Assembly: GCA_002269645.1 (NCBI GenBank)
Contig: NIVC01004480.1
Coordinates: 1-44,636, forward strand
Reading direction: 5' to 3'
DNA: 44,636 nucleotides
Origin: Macrostomum lignano
Lineage: Eukaryota
In this document: positions 23,640-35,418 of the stretch, piece after piece
Layout of the letters: the number at the start of each line of letters is the position of its first letter
How positions within the stretch are numbered: position 1 is the first letter of the stretch
The notes under the pieces: model-generated
What the model was told of the DNA's origin: nothing
What the model saw: only the letters and a program-made list of their open reading frames with translations
The model's database searches: none
Position numbers and translations under genes: made by a program

Positions 23640-23900
23640 TAGACTCCTCTCACCTCTCACCTTTCTCCTCTTTTTTCTCTTCTCTCCTCTCTCCTCTCCC
23701 CTCTCCCATCTCCCATCTCCCTCTCCCTCTCCCTCTCCCTCTCTCTTCTCTTCTCTTTTCTCTCCCTCTTACCCTCTCACCTCTCACCTTTCCCCCTCTC
23801 TCCTCTCTCCTCTCTCCTCTCTCCTCTCTCCTCTCTCCTCTCCCTCTCCCTTCTTCTCTCTTCTCCTCCCACTCTTCTATTTCTTTCCTTCTCCTCTTCT
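23640..23900. repeat. CT-rich low-complexity tract
   Basis: Direct reading. Confidence 0.9.
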
Positions 23901-24639
23901 ATATCGTCTCCTCTGGCGTCTCTAGCAGATGTTTATTCATCGCTCGGCAAATGAAAATTTGCCACGGCGCACTGGGCAGGAGCAGTGCGTGCACGAGCTC
24001 AGACAGACACTTGATTCAAAGATATCGGCCTGCACCTGGCCAAATATCTGTCTGTTCAATTTCAATGCTACCTGCGAGACTCGGAATTTTACCGTTTCGA
24101 TTCGCTGCTTCCCTTATTCGACCGACTGTGCCGTTCTGGCCTATCGAGCCTACCGTATCCTGGGTACGTAGTCTTGCAATGGAGGGAGTCAGAGAGGGCT
24201 CCGACAAGAAGAGTGGGCAGGGCCATTCCGATAGATATAGGCAGGGCAATTTTATCATTTTGTCAGTGAGGGATCGCAATAAAAAATAGGCTGTACAAAG
24301 CTACGGCTACAAAAATTCATTGTTGCTATCCCGGGCTGGGGGCGCGTGGCTAAGGAAATCTGTCTTTTATGTAGGAATTTGGCCAGGATGAGAAATGACT
24401 GGATCGCCAGTGCGGCACCTGACAGTTTAGAAACAATATAGCAGTACTTTCCGCTGAGCTGCTTTCAGCTCAGTTCAAATTAATTGTGCCCGAATTGCAG
24501 CTTTTTAGAGCTAGACTGGTGGGCTGCGTGGGTGGATCCAGCTTCCAATTTTGGTCAAGTTCCGCTCGTACTTTAGTACTTGGATATCTCTGGGCTGATT
24601 GAAAGTGCTTTCTTTGCCTCCTTCTTGGGCATAAGAAGT

Positions 24640-25140
24640 GCTCCTTTCTCCTGTATTCTCTCTTGTCTCTTCTCTCGTGTCTCTTGTCTCTTGTCTCTTG
24701 TCTCTTGTCTCTTGTCTCTTGTCTCTTGTCTCTTCTCTATTCACTCTTCTCTCTTCTCTATTCACTCTTCTCTCTTCTCTCTTCACTCTTCTCTCTTCTC
24801 TCTTCTCTCTTCTCTCTTCTCTCTTATATCTTCTCTATTCACTCTTCTCTCTTGTCTCTTGTCTCTTCTCTATTCACTCTTCTCTCTTCTCTCTTCTCTC
24901 TTCTCTCTTCTCTCTTCTCTATTCACTCTCCTCTCTTCTCTCTTGTCTCTTCTCTATTCACTCTTCTCTCTTCTCTCCTGTCTCTTCTCTATTCACACTT
25001 CTCTCTTCTCTCTACTCTCCCAACCCCCTTGTCCTCACTCCTCCCCACTCCTTTTTCCCCACTCCCATCTCTCCTTTCTCTCCTCTCCTCTCTTTTCTCC
25101 ACTCTCATCTCTCTTCTCTCTTCTCTCTCCTCTCCTCTCT
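24640..25140. repeat. CT-rich tract built from TCTCTTG / TCTCTTC / TCTATTCACTCT units
   Basis: Direct reading. Confidence 0.92.
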
Positions 25141-25897
25141 CGGATCAGATCGAGCATTAGGGGCTCCGCCACCAAAATCCTAAGTAGCGGATAAGCCTTG
25201 CCTGCAGCTACTAGGGACACCAAACTCACAGATATATACACACACAACAAGACCCACAACACGGCACCAAAATCGGTCCGGGGGGCTCTTACCGCGCATT
25301 TGACATCATTTTTTCCATTGCCAGCCGTGCCTGAAGCAGGATCATACACGGAAGTACGCTTGCACTAGTTGATGGGCTGGTCTACGCGATCAACAATGGA
25401 TTGCGCATGTGGATAGAGACTTTACAATGACGCCAATATCAGAGCTAAATAATTCAGGATTCGGGAGGAAGATTCAGGAAAAACGGGCCGCATTCATGTA
25501 TGGGCGTGTCGCAGTGATTAATGACTTCTTAATCCGGTTTCCCGCTGCCTTCGGGGGCTGGGCGGAGGGCGTCTGTCGGCTTTGCTGATTCTGAAGCCGT
25601 CGGATTATGAATATTTTGCTGTGCTCCTCTTTCGCTCGAGGCTCGAAATGTTTAAAGAGAATTAGCGAGGCAGGGCTAAGCTCTTCATTCTCATCTGCTT
25701 CTCTGTTTTCAAATTATCGCATGGCCTTCGGCATTATGTTGCAGCAATAAAGAATTAAGCCCTGGGGTCCTTCTTGCCTGCCGTAGTTCGAGACATGCCG
25801 TATTTTCGCTGTTGTTGAAATACAGACTCCGAGGATTTACATCTAATCTGCAGATTGCTCAGCACAAACTCAATTCCATTTTCACAGTTACAGCGCT

Positions 25898-27760
25898 GGG
25901 AATGGGAGATTCGGGAATGGGAGATTCGGGAATGGGAGATTCGGGAATGGGAGATTCGGGAATGGGAGATTCGGGAATGGGAGATTCGGGAATGGGAGAT
26001 TCGAGAGGGGGAGGTTCGGGAGTGGGAGATTCGGGAATGGGAGATTCAGGAATGGGAGATTCAGGAATGGGAGATTCGGGAATGGGAGATTCAGGAATGG
26101 GAGATTCGGGAATGGGAGATTCGAGAGGGGAGATTCAAGAGGGGGAGGTTCGAGAGGGGAGATTAGAGAATGGGAGATTCAAGACTGGGATATTCGGGAA
26201 TGGGAGATTCGGAAATGGAAGGTTCGGAAATGGAAGGTTCGGAAAAGGAAGATTCAGGAATGGGAGATTCGGGAAGGGAAGATTCGGGAGTGGGAAATTC
26301 AGGAATGGGAGATTCGGGAATGGGAGATTCGGGAGAGACAGATTTGCGAATGGGAGATTCGGAAATGGAAGGTTCGGAATTGGAAAGTTTGGAAATGGAA
26401 GATTCAGGAATGGGAGATTCGGGAATGGGAGATTCGGGAATGGGAGATTCATGAATGAGAGATTCGGGAGAGAGAGATTTGCGAATGGGAGATTCGGGAA
26501 TGGGAGATTCGAGAGGGGGAGGTTCGAGGGGGGAGATTCGAGAATGGGAGATTCGAGAAAAGGGATGATTTTTAAAAAGATCTCTCGATTCAGGAATGGG
26601 AGATTCGGGAGTGGGAGATTCGGGAATGGGAGATTCAGGAATGGGAGATTCGGGAATGGGAGATTCGGGAGATTCGGGAATGGGAGATTCGGGTATGGGA
26701 AATTCGGGAATGGGAAATTCAAAAATGGGAGATTCAGGAATAAGAGATTCGAGAGGGGAGATTCGAGAGAGGGATAATCGAAAATGGGAGATTCAAGACT
26801 GGGATATTCGGGAACAGGAGATTCGAGAGTGAGAGATTCGGGAATGGGAGATTCGAGAGTGGGAAATTCGGGAGTGGGAGATTCGGGAATGGGAGATTCG
26901 GGAATAGGAGGTTCGAGAATGCGAGGTTCAGAAATGAGAGATTCGAGAGGGGAGATTCGAGAGGGGGAGATTCGAAAATGGGAGATTCGGGAATGGGAGA
27001 TACGGGAGTTGAGATATGGGAATGGAAGATTTGGGAGATTCAGGAATGGGAGATTCGAGAATGGGAGATTCGAAAAGGAAGGTTCGGAAATGGAAGGTTC
27101 GGGACTGGGAGATTCGGTAATGGGAGATTTGGGAGTGGGCGGAGATTCGGGAATGGGAGATTCATGAATGGGAGATTCGGGAATGGGAGATTCAGGAATG
27201 GGAGATTCGAGAGGGGGAAATTCGTGAATGGGAGATTCGGGAATGGAAGATTCGGGACTGGGAGATTCGGGAATGGAAGATTCGGGACTGGGAGATTCGG
27301 GAATGGGAGATTCGGGAATGGGAGATTCAAGTATGGGAGATTCGGGAATGGGAAATTCAAGAATGGGAGATTCAGGAATGGGAGATTCGAGAGAGAGATT
27401 CGAGAGGGGGAGGTTCGAGAGGGGAGATTCGAGAATGGGAGATTCAAGACTGGGATATTCGGGAATGAGAGAGAGATTCGAAAAGGAAGGTTCGAAAATG
27501 GAAGATTCGGGACTGGGAGATTCGGTAATGGGAGATTTGGGAGTGTGCGGAGATTCGGGAATGGGAGATTCATGAATGGGAGATTCGGGAATGGGAGATT
27601 CAGGAATGGGAGATTCGGGACTGGGAGATTCGGGACTGGGAGATTCGGGAATGGGAGATTCAGGAATGGGAGATTCGAGAGGGGGGGGATTCGTGAATGG
27701 GAGATTCGAGAGGGGGGGGATTCGTGAATGGGAGACTCGGGAATGGAAGATTTGGGAATG
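25898..27760. repeat. 15-bp minisatellite (GGGAATGGGAGATTC)n, ~1.9 kb, roughly 120 degenerate copies
   Basis: Direct reading. The stop-free unit explains the (MGDSG)n, (GNGRF)n and (EWEIR)n ORFs. Confidence 0.97.
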
Positions 27761-28587
27761 AGCTTCTAAGTTTACTTAAAGTTTCAAGGCTACCTGTGCG
27801 TGATATCTGCAAAGGTTGTGAATCCTTGAAAATGTACCGGTATGAGTCAGAAGTTTATACTTAACTTCCAATGTTATAAACAAGCAGCAGTAGAGCTCAG
27901 TTTTTGAAACCAAATCGTGTCACCCAGTGCATTTGAAAGGCTACTGTGCCCCTCGCGCCTTTTAAAGGAAGCAGTTCATCTGCAAAAATTGATTGCTTTA
28001 GCGCTGTTTGCGGGCTTGCTGCAAAGACTCGAAGACTAAATTAGCTCGTAGTTTCGTCATTAAAAATCGATTCAACAAAAGGGGTGGGGGTGATCGAGCA
28101 GCTTCACATCTATGGCCAATGGGATTAGAGAGTGGCATGCATATGATATCTGACCTTGATCTGAACCTTTATCTCAGCATTTTGGCATTTATCTCAGCTG
28201 AACAGATTAGATCCTAAATTAGACTTAGAAAAACCTAAAATTATATTGACATTTTTGAGTAAAGTACCTTTTTCGTTAATTAAATTTATATCCCAGAACT
28301 CTTTTTACTGGCTTGGGGAACAGTTGAAGTTTTTGAATTTGTAGAATCTTAAATTTGAGTAAATGTTGGGCATCGATAATAAAAATATTAATTCCCGTTG
28401 AAGGCGCAGGTTTTCGTTAAAACAAAATATTTCGTACTCGTAAGAGTACTGCTGCACTGTGCTTTACTCGTTCTACGTGTATTACTTATGAAGTTGAAAT
28501 TTTAATCCTTAACATTTACGAGCGTAATAACATCTGGAAAACAACTTTATTTTGAGCTTTATCCAACTCAAAGAGCGCGACACGCAC

Positions 28588-29009
28588 TAGGCGGAGCTTG
28601 CCGCCCACGCGAGCCCTCTGTGGCGCTGCAGGTCCTCGTGGACGCTGGGCACGAGACTGTTAAGGCACCGGAACTGCTCGCATCGGGAGAGCGGTACTGG
28701 TGCTGCCATCGCGCTGTCTTAGCTGAGGAGGCGAATGTCCATTTGGCAGGTCAGCTGGCACAGTCAGGACTTCAGTCTTCTTGGCAGCAGCAGCATGCTA
28801 GGCCGTCAAGGAGGCGTTGAGCATCGGCAGCAGTGGATGCCAGAAGGGCGAGGTCGTCAGTGTAGCCGAGGACAGCCAGCCGCTTCTCATGGGAAGCATA
28901 GGATGCAGCCGTCCGAGTTGTCCGGAAGCCATGTCCGCAACACCCAGTCCAGGATGAGGATGAACAGGAAGGGAGAGAGGGGGCAGTCTCCTTGCAGGAC
29001 TCCGCTGTT
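28588..29009 (-). mobile_element. Non-LTR retrotransposon (LINE) reverse-transcriptase fragment, frameshifted
   Basis: SGVLQGD..LSPFLFILILDWVLR, then LAVLGYTDDLALL (YxDD at 28853-28864), then EQFRCLNSLVPSVHEDLQRHRGLAWAA. Confidence 0.88.
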
Positions 29010-30658
29010 ATATAATGTTAATCTAATTGTGTATGTAGTATTATAATATAATCTCCATAATATTGTGTAGTGTGTTACGTCGTAATGTAATATAAAAGTC
29101 TCAAGTTTGAAAATTTCGATTTTTGTATTTCGTAAACACAGTTGCATGCAGTTGGATGAAGCTAAAAAAGTTCTTTGCTGACCAGATCTCTCGTTACTTT
29201 TTTTCATTACTTTTGTAACACAACTAGTATATTTAACGTTTACTTTGATCGGTAAATTATTCTTATAAAATAATTAAAATATTAAATTTTGTTGAGTAAA
29301 ATAAACAAAATCAAACACCGCTAATAAATTGAAACTTTTTGTTCCCAACCTCTATGTTAAATTTGGTCACTTAACAAAATAAAAAGAATTTATAATTATT
29401 TATTATTTTGAATAGAGAAAAAGCATATTCTTTTTTATTCGAAAACCGCGGGACAGCTTTGTAATCTGTTTGGCCAGGAATGCGTACTCAAAATATATAG
29501 TTATTACACCGATAACATTTTGACTGCGGAATTTAATTAATTTAATTTTCATTACAGAGTGATTCTTATAGCGACCTGCGCCATGTATTTCTTATGGTGA
29601 AAATTTGAACAGGATTCCCAGTTCTAATTTGGTTTGATTACTAAAATTATACAAAAGAAGAGCTATATAAATTACTTTTAGGCTAAAATTTACCAGTATG
29701 GTTATGAAAAATAGCTATCAGTTTTGCCATTAAGGGGTGCCGAATGAAAAATAAATATATGAATACATTTGCGTTTTAATTTACTCTAGTGTATTCACTT
29801 TAATATTAATTAGCTTTGAGAAAATTAATGTGTAATCACAGTGTGCGCAAAGTAAATAAAGGCTAAGAGAAATCAGTAGCGAGCGTAGATAAAGCCAACT
29901 GAAAAAAAAGAAATCTGATAGGAAAACTTTAAAGAAAGGCTGACAAAAATGACAATATTAATGGACGGATTTTCAACTATAATCTAACATCGTTACACTT
30001 TTGATAACGCCAGATTTTTTGTTATAATCAGCAGCTGTGTTGAGTGTCGAAAATAAACAAAAAAAGTTGTTTTTTCGGAAAAGCTGCAGGCCAGCTTTTT
30101 CTCCGGTCGAAATATTAACAGCTCTCTTTAAAACAAAACATAGTACAGATTCAGATGAAATTGACAAAGTAAAACAAAGGTTTTCCACCCGCCAAGAGAG
30201 GAGCAGAAAAAAGACGCGCCCGTATGAATGCATGAAGTGCCGCGTAAAAGGTTTCCAGCCTTAAATAGAGTAGAATTAACATAGTAGCTGGTGCTCAGGT
30301 CGGGTGCAAGCACACTATAGAGGACGCATTGAATAGAAATTGGTGGTCAAGAACGCCTTTAGATTTTGGTGTATCAATAGAACGTCCTGCTGAGAGCTTG
30401 CTTGACAATGAGTCAACTCGCATCTGCATGAATTTAGTAGAATAAGTCTTCGGGTCAGAGCACAGGTGCCATTCAGATCTATAGAATAGAAACACAGAGA
30501 CAGAAAGTAATTAGAAATCACTCGTTTCAGAAAAATAGCAATCAAAGAATTTGAGACAGGAAAAATGATCAGTTCTTAATTCTTATAATTCTTATCGCGC
30601 TCGGCCGGCTCTCGGGCTGCTCAAGTCAGATTTTGAGCGACAGCTCGGCTCAGCAGTC

Positions 30659-30740
30659 CTAATCGTATCGGCCGGCAGATGGGCTGTGCGAGCGCGGCGT
30701 CGGCGACTTCAGAATTCCGGTCCGAGACGGGGACGCGTTG
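30659..30740 (-). CDS. CEP135: CEP135 putative terminal exon
   Basis: Acceptor CTCCCTTGGCAG|C is phase 2, matching the donor AGG GG|GTAAG at 32425. Encodes NASPSRTGILKSPTPRSHSPSAGRYD*, resembling the TLRSPSHSP end of vertebrate CEP135 (from memory). Confidence 0.6.
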
Positions 30741-30821
30741 CTGCCAAGGGAGTTATATTTACACTGCATTAGATATTTGCTATTAGATGATATTTGGCTG
30801 CCATGATTTGGCACACTCGTC

Positions 30822-30935
30822 AAAGATTTCTTATAAGCTCGAGACTTAAACAAGATTGAAAATTCGCATCACCGAAACAAGAATTATTTAAGAAAAATTT
30901 CGAGCTTGTTAAGTTTCGAGCTGATAAAAAATCTT
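30822..30935. repeat. Short imperfect inverted repeat (~40-bp arms)
   Basis: AAGATTTCTTATAAGCTCGAGACTTAAACAAG versus CTTGTTAAGTTTCGAGCTGATAAAAAATCTT. Confidence 0.6.
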
Positions 30936-31189
30936 CCGATTTAAATCTCACTGAATTTTTACAGCAAGCCCTACTCCTACCTCCTCAAGCTACATGCAAG
31001 ATTACACGTAGGATATTAAGTTTTTTAGTTAGAGTCAGGGGACTATGTGCACCCTGACGCACTTTAAGCGACATTGTCACACAACCAGTGAGAGACATGG
31101 CTGCCCATTCCGCCGACTCCCCTGAGCAGGCATACAAGCGCGCGGATACGTACGCAGGCACACACTCACACAGGAGTGTACAGCGGCCC

Positions 31190-31373
31190 TGACTTTATTT
31201 ATCGTTAGGCATGTACACTTCACTGCGCCTTGGGGGGTTGGCCCTCAAGGCGTTAATTGCACGAGCAGAGCCAAGCCGAGATTCCAATTCAGCCCCAAAT
31301 TAATGTGACTGCACTTGGAATCGAGCCTGGGCCGCTGGCGCATCAGAGCGCCTCGCTGGACCACTGGCACTAG
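31190..31373 (-). mobile_element. tRNA-derived SINE-like element (body boundary approximate)
   Basis: The - strand reads CTAGTGCCAGTGGTC (A-box-like) ... GGCTCGATTCC (B-box-like) with tRNA-like spacing, but does not form a full cloverleaf. Confidence 0.45.
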
Positions 31374-31795
31374 GATGAGGTTCTATCGAGCCCCACATAT
31401 CGAACGCAATTTCAGGAAGAACTCAAGCAGACAATCAGTCTCGACAATTCTATAGCAAGTCGGGAATGAAAGCAAAATTTTGAGGAAATATTTAGTGCAC
31501 TATAATACATGGCGCATGCTCTATACAATGTCCTTATTGACAGGCATATTAAAAAAATCATTGTGATGCTATTCATACAATAACTGGTGCAGTGGTTATC
31601 GACAATAAGTTAATAAAGATCCTTTTCAAAGGAAAACACCCCACCATAGCCTACTTCAGGTAATAATGTGCGTATATTGCATGCCTTCGTAGGTGTTCGT
31701 ATTAACATGTATATATAGGTAAAAGTTGGGCAAGGTGGCAGCAGAGATAATTAATGCTCTACGAGTGAAGGCTCAGTGCTGATATCATTGTATAC

Positions 31796-31951
31796 CGTCT
31801 GTGCAGAGCGCCGCCCTGCCTGCTGCTGTAAGCGGCGTGGCTTGAATAGGCATAGGAGGCCAGGCGGCTCTCGGGCCTATAGGAAGGCTCGGCGCTCTGG
31901 ACCGGGGCGCGATCCGGCTGCATCGCGGTCGCCATGGCAACGGTGTCGCCG
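31796..31951 (-). CDS. CEP135: Candidate 156-nt phase-2/phase-2 cassette exon of CEP135 (alternative acceptor at 31987)
   Basis: Open GC-rich frame GDTVAMATAMQPDRAPVQSAEPSYRPESRLASYAYSSHAAYSSRQGGALHR. Phases are compatible with both flanking exons, but the donor GTATAC is weak. Confidence 0.35.
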
Positions 31952-32424
31952 CTTCGAGTGGGGGGGTTTATGGGGTTGTGTTTCATGCTGTGCGTCAGAA
32001 GCGGTTTGGACAATTGCTTTTTTGGTGTTTAGCTTCGAGGGTCGCCAGCTGATTGGGATAACTCATCACCGTCTGCAGCATTGCAAGTTAAGCAGACTTG
32101 GTCGTGGTTAGTACACGCAGGTTTAATAGGCTTATAGCCTCAACCCTCACGGAAGCCACATTGAGCGAGTGGTCAGTTAATCTGAGCACCAGAGCCCTCA
32201 GATAAGCCTTTGACTGCCACACCTTGCCACCCCGCAGCGGGTCAGGCGTGTTTCTACGATTCGTATTTCTGTTCATTTCTATTTGAAAACTCCACAACTC
32301 AATGCAGATTCAATGGCAATGAAGTTAGTAAAAAAGCATTACAAAAATCAATCAAAGTTCTTTTAATGACTGCTGAGGTACGATATGCAAAACTACTTCT
32401 ATGGAGCTCAGAGCACCCCCTTAC

Positions 32425-33025
32425 CCCCTTGAGTCGGGCCGGTAGAGCGCACCGTGGCTGCCGTAGAGTCCGGTGCCGCCGCCGCCGCCACCTCCGCCGC
32501 TGCCACCACCGCTGCGTCGCAGCTCGGAGGCCAGGCGCTCTCGTTCGAAACGCTCCGACGACAGCTGCCTGGTCAGCCGCTCGACCTCGGACTCGAGCTC
32601 GGAGCTGCGCGAGCGCAGTCTAGTGAGCTCCCGACCCTGCTGCTCAAGTTTGGTCTCGCCGAGCTCCAGCCGTTCGCGAAGCATGCTCAACTCGGCGTGG
32701 CGCTCCTGCGAGTCCAACTGGGTCTGGAACTCCTTCTCTCGGCTGGCGCTGAGCACAGTTTCCAGGCTCTTCTTTGCGTCCTGCTCGGCCAGGAGCTGCT
32801 CACGCAGCAGATCGTTCTCGTGCTGCAGGTCGTCCAGCTGTCCGGCCAGCTGGTCAGCGTCAAGAGCCTTGCTGGTGAGCTGGCGCTGCGCCTGGTCCTT
32901 GCTGGACTCCAGCTTGGCGCACAGGTCGCGCAGGGCTGACAAATCTTTCAGGACTCTTCGCGTTCGCACTGCTGCTGGCGGAGCGAATCTTCCAGATCCG
33001 AAACTGACCGGCTGAGATTGGCGAC
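32425..33025 (-). CDS. CEP135: CEP135 exon (C-terminal coiled coil) with a 1-nt deficit near 32954
   Basis: VANLSRSVSDLEDSLR...(shift)...VLKDLSALRDLCAKLESSKD...SREKEFQTQL...SSERFERER matches vertebrate CEP135 LNDLSSLRELCIKLDSGKD...NRDKEF...STERYERER (from memory). Acceptor CTGCAG|GTC and donor GG|GTAAG. Confidence 0.9.
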
Positions 33026-33310
33026 CTGCAGTGGAATTAGTCAAATGTCATCTTATACAATATAAGAACACAAGGGAGTCACGTCCTGGCCTAAAAAAGA
33101 GTCAAGCACAATGAGCACCATGCGGAAAGAAGGCAAGCCCTGAAGCAGAAGGGGAGTTTATACTACACATAATCCCTACTACCTACCGACTTTTACTAGC
33201 TCTGAAGGCGGCGGTCTACCACTTAGCCGTACAAGAATTACTTATACGACAGCTACAGCTGCCCTTGGCTCACGATAGCTATGAGATACCTGAATGTCGA
33301 AGCAACTCAC

Positions 33311-33631
33311 CTGCAGCTCGTACGAGTTGATGGAGCGCCGGTTATCCTGCAGGTCAGACTCGGCCTGCTCCAGTTTCTCTCGCAGGCGCTTGCAGTCAGC
33401 ATCTTTGGCCGACAGCTCCAGGCGCAGGCTGCTCGCGTCCGACTCCAGCTGGTGCGCCTCGGCCTGGTATTTGTCCGACTCGGCCGTCAGCAGGCGGTAC
33501 TGCTCCAGCAGGTCGCTGCGCTCGCGCTCCTTCTGGCTCAGCAGCTCCTCAACTCGACGAACTTCGGCTACGTAGTCTTGCGCTTTGTGCTTGAACTGCT
33601 CCCGCTCCTGCACCGTCTCCTGCAGCTCCGC
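33311..33631 (-). CDS. CEP135: CEP135 exon
   Basis: AELQETVQEREQFKHKAQDYVAEVRRVEELLSQKERERSDLLEQYR...AHQLESDASSLRLEL. Acceptor GCGCAG|GCG and donor CAG|GTGAGT, both phase 0. Confidence 0.92.
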
Positions 33632-33649
33632 CTGCGCAGTTCGGATTGG

Positions 33650-34410
33650 TAGATTTTAGATCGGTAGATTGTATATTCGTAGATTGGTGGATTGTAGATT
33701 GGTAGATTGGTGGATTGGTGTATTGTATATTGGTAGATTGGTAGATTGGTAGATTGGTAGATTGGTAGATTGGTAGATTGGATAGATTGTAGATTGGTAG
33801 ATTGGCAGATTGTAGATTCGTAGATTGTAGATTCGTAGATTGTAGATTGGTAGATTGTAGATTGGTAGATTGTAAATTGGTAGATTGGTAGACTGGTAGA
33901 TTAGTAGATTGGTGGATTGGTGGATTGGTGGATTGTAGATTGGTAGATTGGTAGATTGGTAGATTGGTAGATTGGTGGATTGTATATTGTTAGATTGTAG
34001 ATTGGTAGATTGTAGATTGGTAGATTATAGATTGGTAGATTGTAAATTGGTAGATTGTAGACTGGTAGATTATAGATTGGTAGACTGGTAGATTAGTAAT
34101 TGGTGGATTATTGGATTGGTGGATTGGTAGATTGTAAATTGGTAGATTGTAAATTGGTCGATTGTAGATTGGTAGATTGTAAATTGGTAGATTGTAAATT
34201 GGTAGATTGTAAATTGGTAGATTGTAGATTGGTAGATTATAGATTGGCAGACTGGTAGATTGGTGGATTGCTGGATTGGTGGATTTTAGATTTGTAGATT
34301 GTAGATCGGAAGATCGATACATTGGTACATTGCAAATTTTTAGATTGTAGATCAGTAAGATTGTAGATTGGTAGATTGTAAAATGGTATATTGTTGATTG
34401 GTAGATTCTC
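33650..34410. repeat. (TAGATTGG/TAGATTG)n 7-8-bp satellite filling most of a 902-bp CEP135 intron
   Basis: Direct reading. Confidence 0.96.
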
Positions 34411-34533
34411 GTGCTCCCACAAACCTGTTTCGCCCAGCTGGCGCCCAGTTCCTCACAGCATTCCAGACCGCTTCCATCAAGCTCTCTTTACGTGTACATC
34501 TAGACCGCTTCCTCAGAGCCCGCTTCCACTCAC

Positions 34534-35169
34534 CTGGAGACTGGAGTTGTCCCTGGCCAGAGCCTGCAGATCGTCTTGCAGACGGGCCACCTCGCGCTGC
34601 AGCGCCTCTACGCGGCGTTTCTCGGCAGCCAAATCGTTCTGGGTGGCCTCGCCGGACTTGCGGGACTGCCGGAGCTCCTTCTCCCTGGCAGCCAGCTGGT
34701 CCTGCGCCCGGCCCAGCTGGTACTCGGCATGGTGCAGCTGCGTGCGCAGGTCACCGGCCTGGGCCTCCTTGGCCTTCAGCTCGTCCTCAAGCGCTCTGGC
34801 GCGGTCGGTTCTCTCCCGCAGGACGCCTTCCAGGCTGTCCTTCTCGTAGTCCAGATTGGCCATTGCGGTTCGCATCTGCGCCTGATCGTCTCGCAGCGCC
34901 TTGATCTCGCGCTCCAGTGTGATGCAGCGATCCTGCAGCAGGTTGGCCGCGTCCTGCGCCTGCAGCAGGTCCGCCTCCAGCTGCCGGCCTGTCCGCTGAG
35001 CGGCTTCGGCCTGCATCCGCTGCTGGTTGCTGATGGCTCGCTCGTTGCTGAGCTCTTCGGTGCGCTCGGCCAGGCCACGCTGCAGCTGCTTTGTCTGATC
35101 CTCGAGCTCCTGGCAGCGCTGGCGCAGCTGTGCCGAGCGCGTGCCCAGATCGTCTCGCTCGGTGGCTGT
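34534..35169 (-). CDS. CEP135: CEP135 exon
   Basis: Heptad coiled coil TATERDDLG...MANLDYEKDSLEGVLRERT...RLQDDLQALARDN. Acceptor CAACAG|ACA and donor CAG|GTGAGT. Confidence 0.92.
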
Positions 35170-35418
35170 CTGTTGAATTTTTTTTTTCAAATGGTTTCAA
35201 CTTCAGTTTTGCAAGCAAGGGAAGTAGCATGAGCGTTTTCGCATCGTACGCACCCTGTAGCTGGTAGGATTGCCCAATGGGTTGAGTCTTATATTGCTCG
35301 GAAGTCTTCCTGTAGGTTACAACTATAAAATTATTTGACTCCCGGGCTAAAGGGGGGGGCAAGGGAAAATCATCCTCAAAAACTGGATCGGAATCAATGA
35401 CATTGGTTGCCAACCAAC

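Noticed and set aside
24511-24653. Possible - strand exon (ERSTSYAQEGG...SPPV*)
   Set aside because: No homology recognised, the acceptor would follow a purine tract, and no partner exon was identified.
25812-27761. Long ORFs encoding (MGDSG)n, (GNGRF)n, (EWEIR)n and (NLPFP)n as repeat or neuropeptide-precursor proteins
   Set aside because: All frames are open because the 15-bp unit has no stop codon. Frames switch at indels, and there is no signal peptide or regular dibasic cleavage pattern. GRF-G repeats superficially recall RFamide precursors but lack the K/R processing sites.
32030-32070. Alternative CEP135 terminal exon at acceptor GCTGCAG|ACG
   Set aside because: In phase 2 it adds only G-R-stop; the 30740 exon fits the family C-terminus better. 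Not excluded as a minor isoform.
33990-34322. (IYNLP)n ORF, and repeat ORFs at 38541-39126, 40097-40755, 41168-41634 and 44118-44621
   Set aside because: They are translations of satellites; the first several lie inside CEP135 introns.
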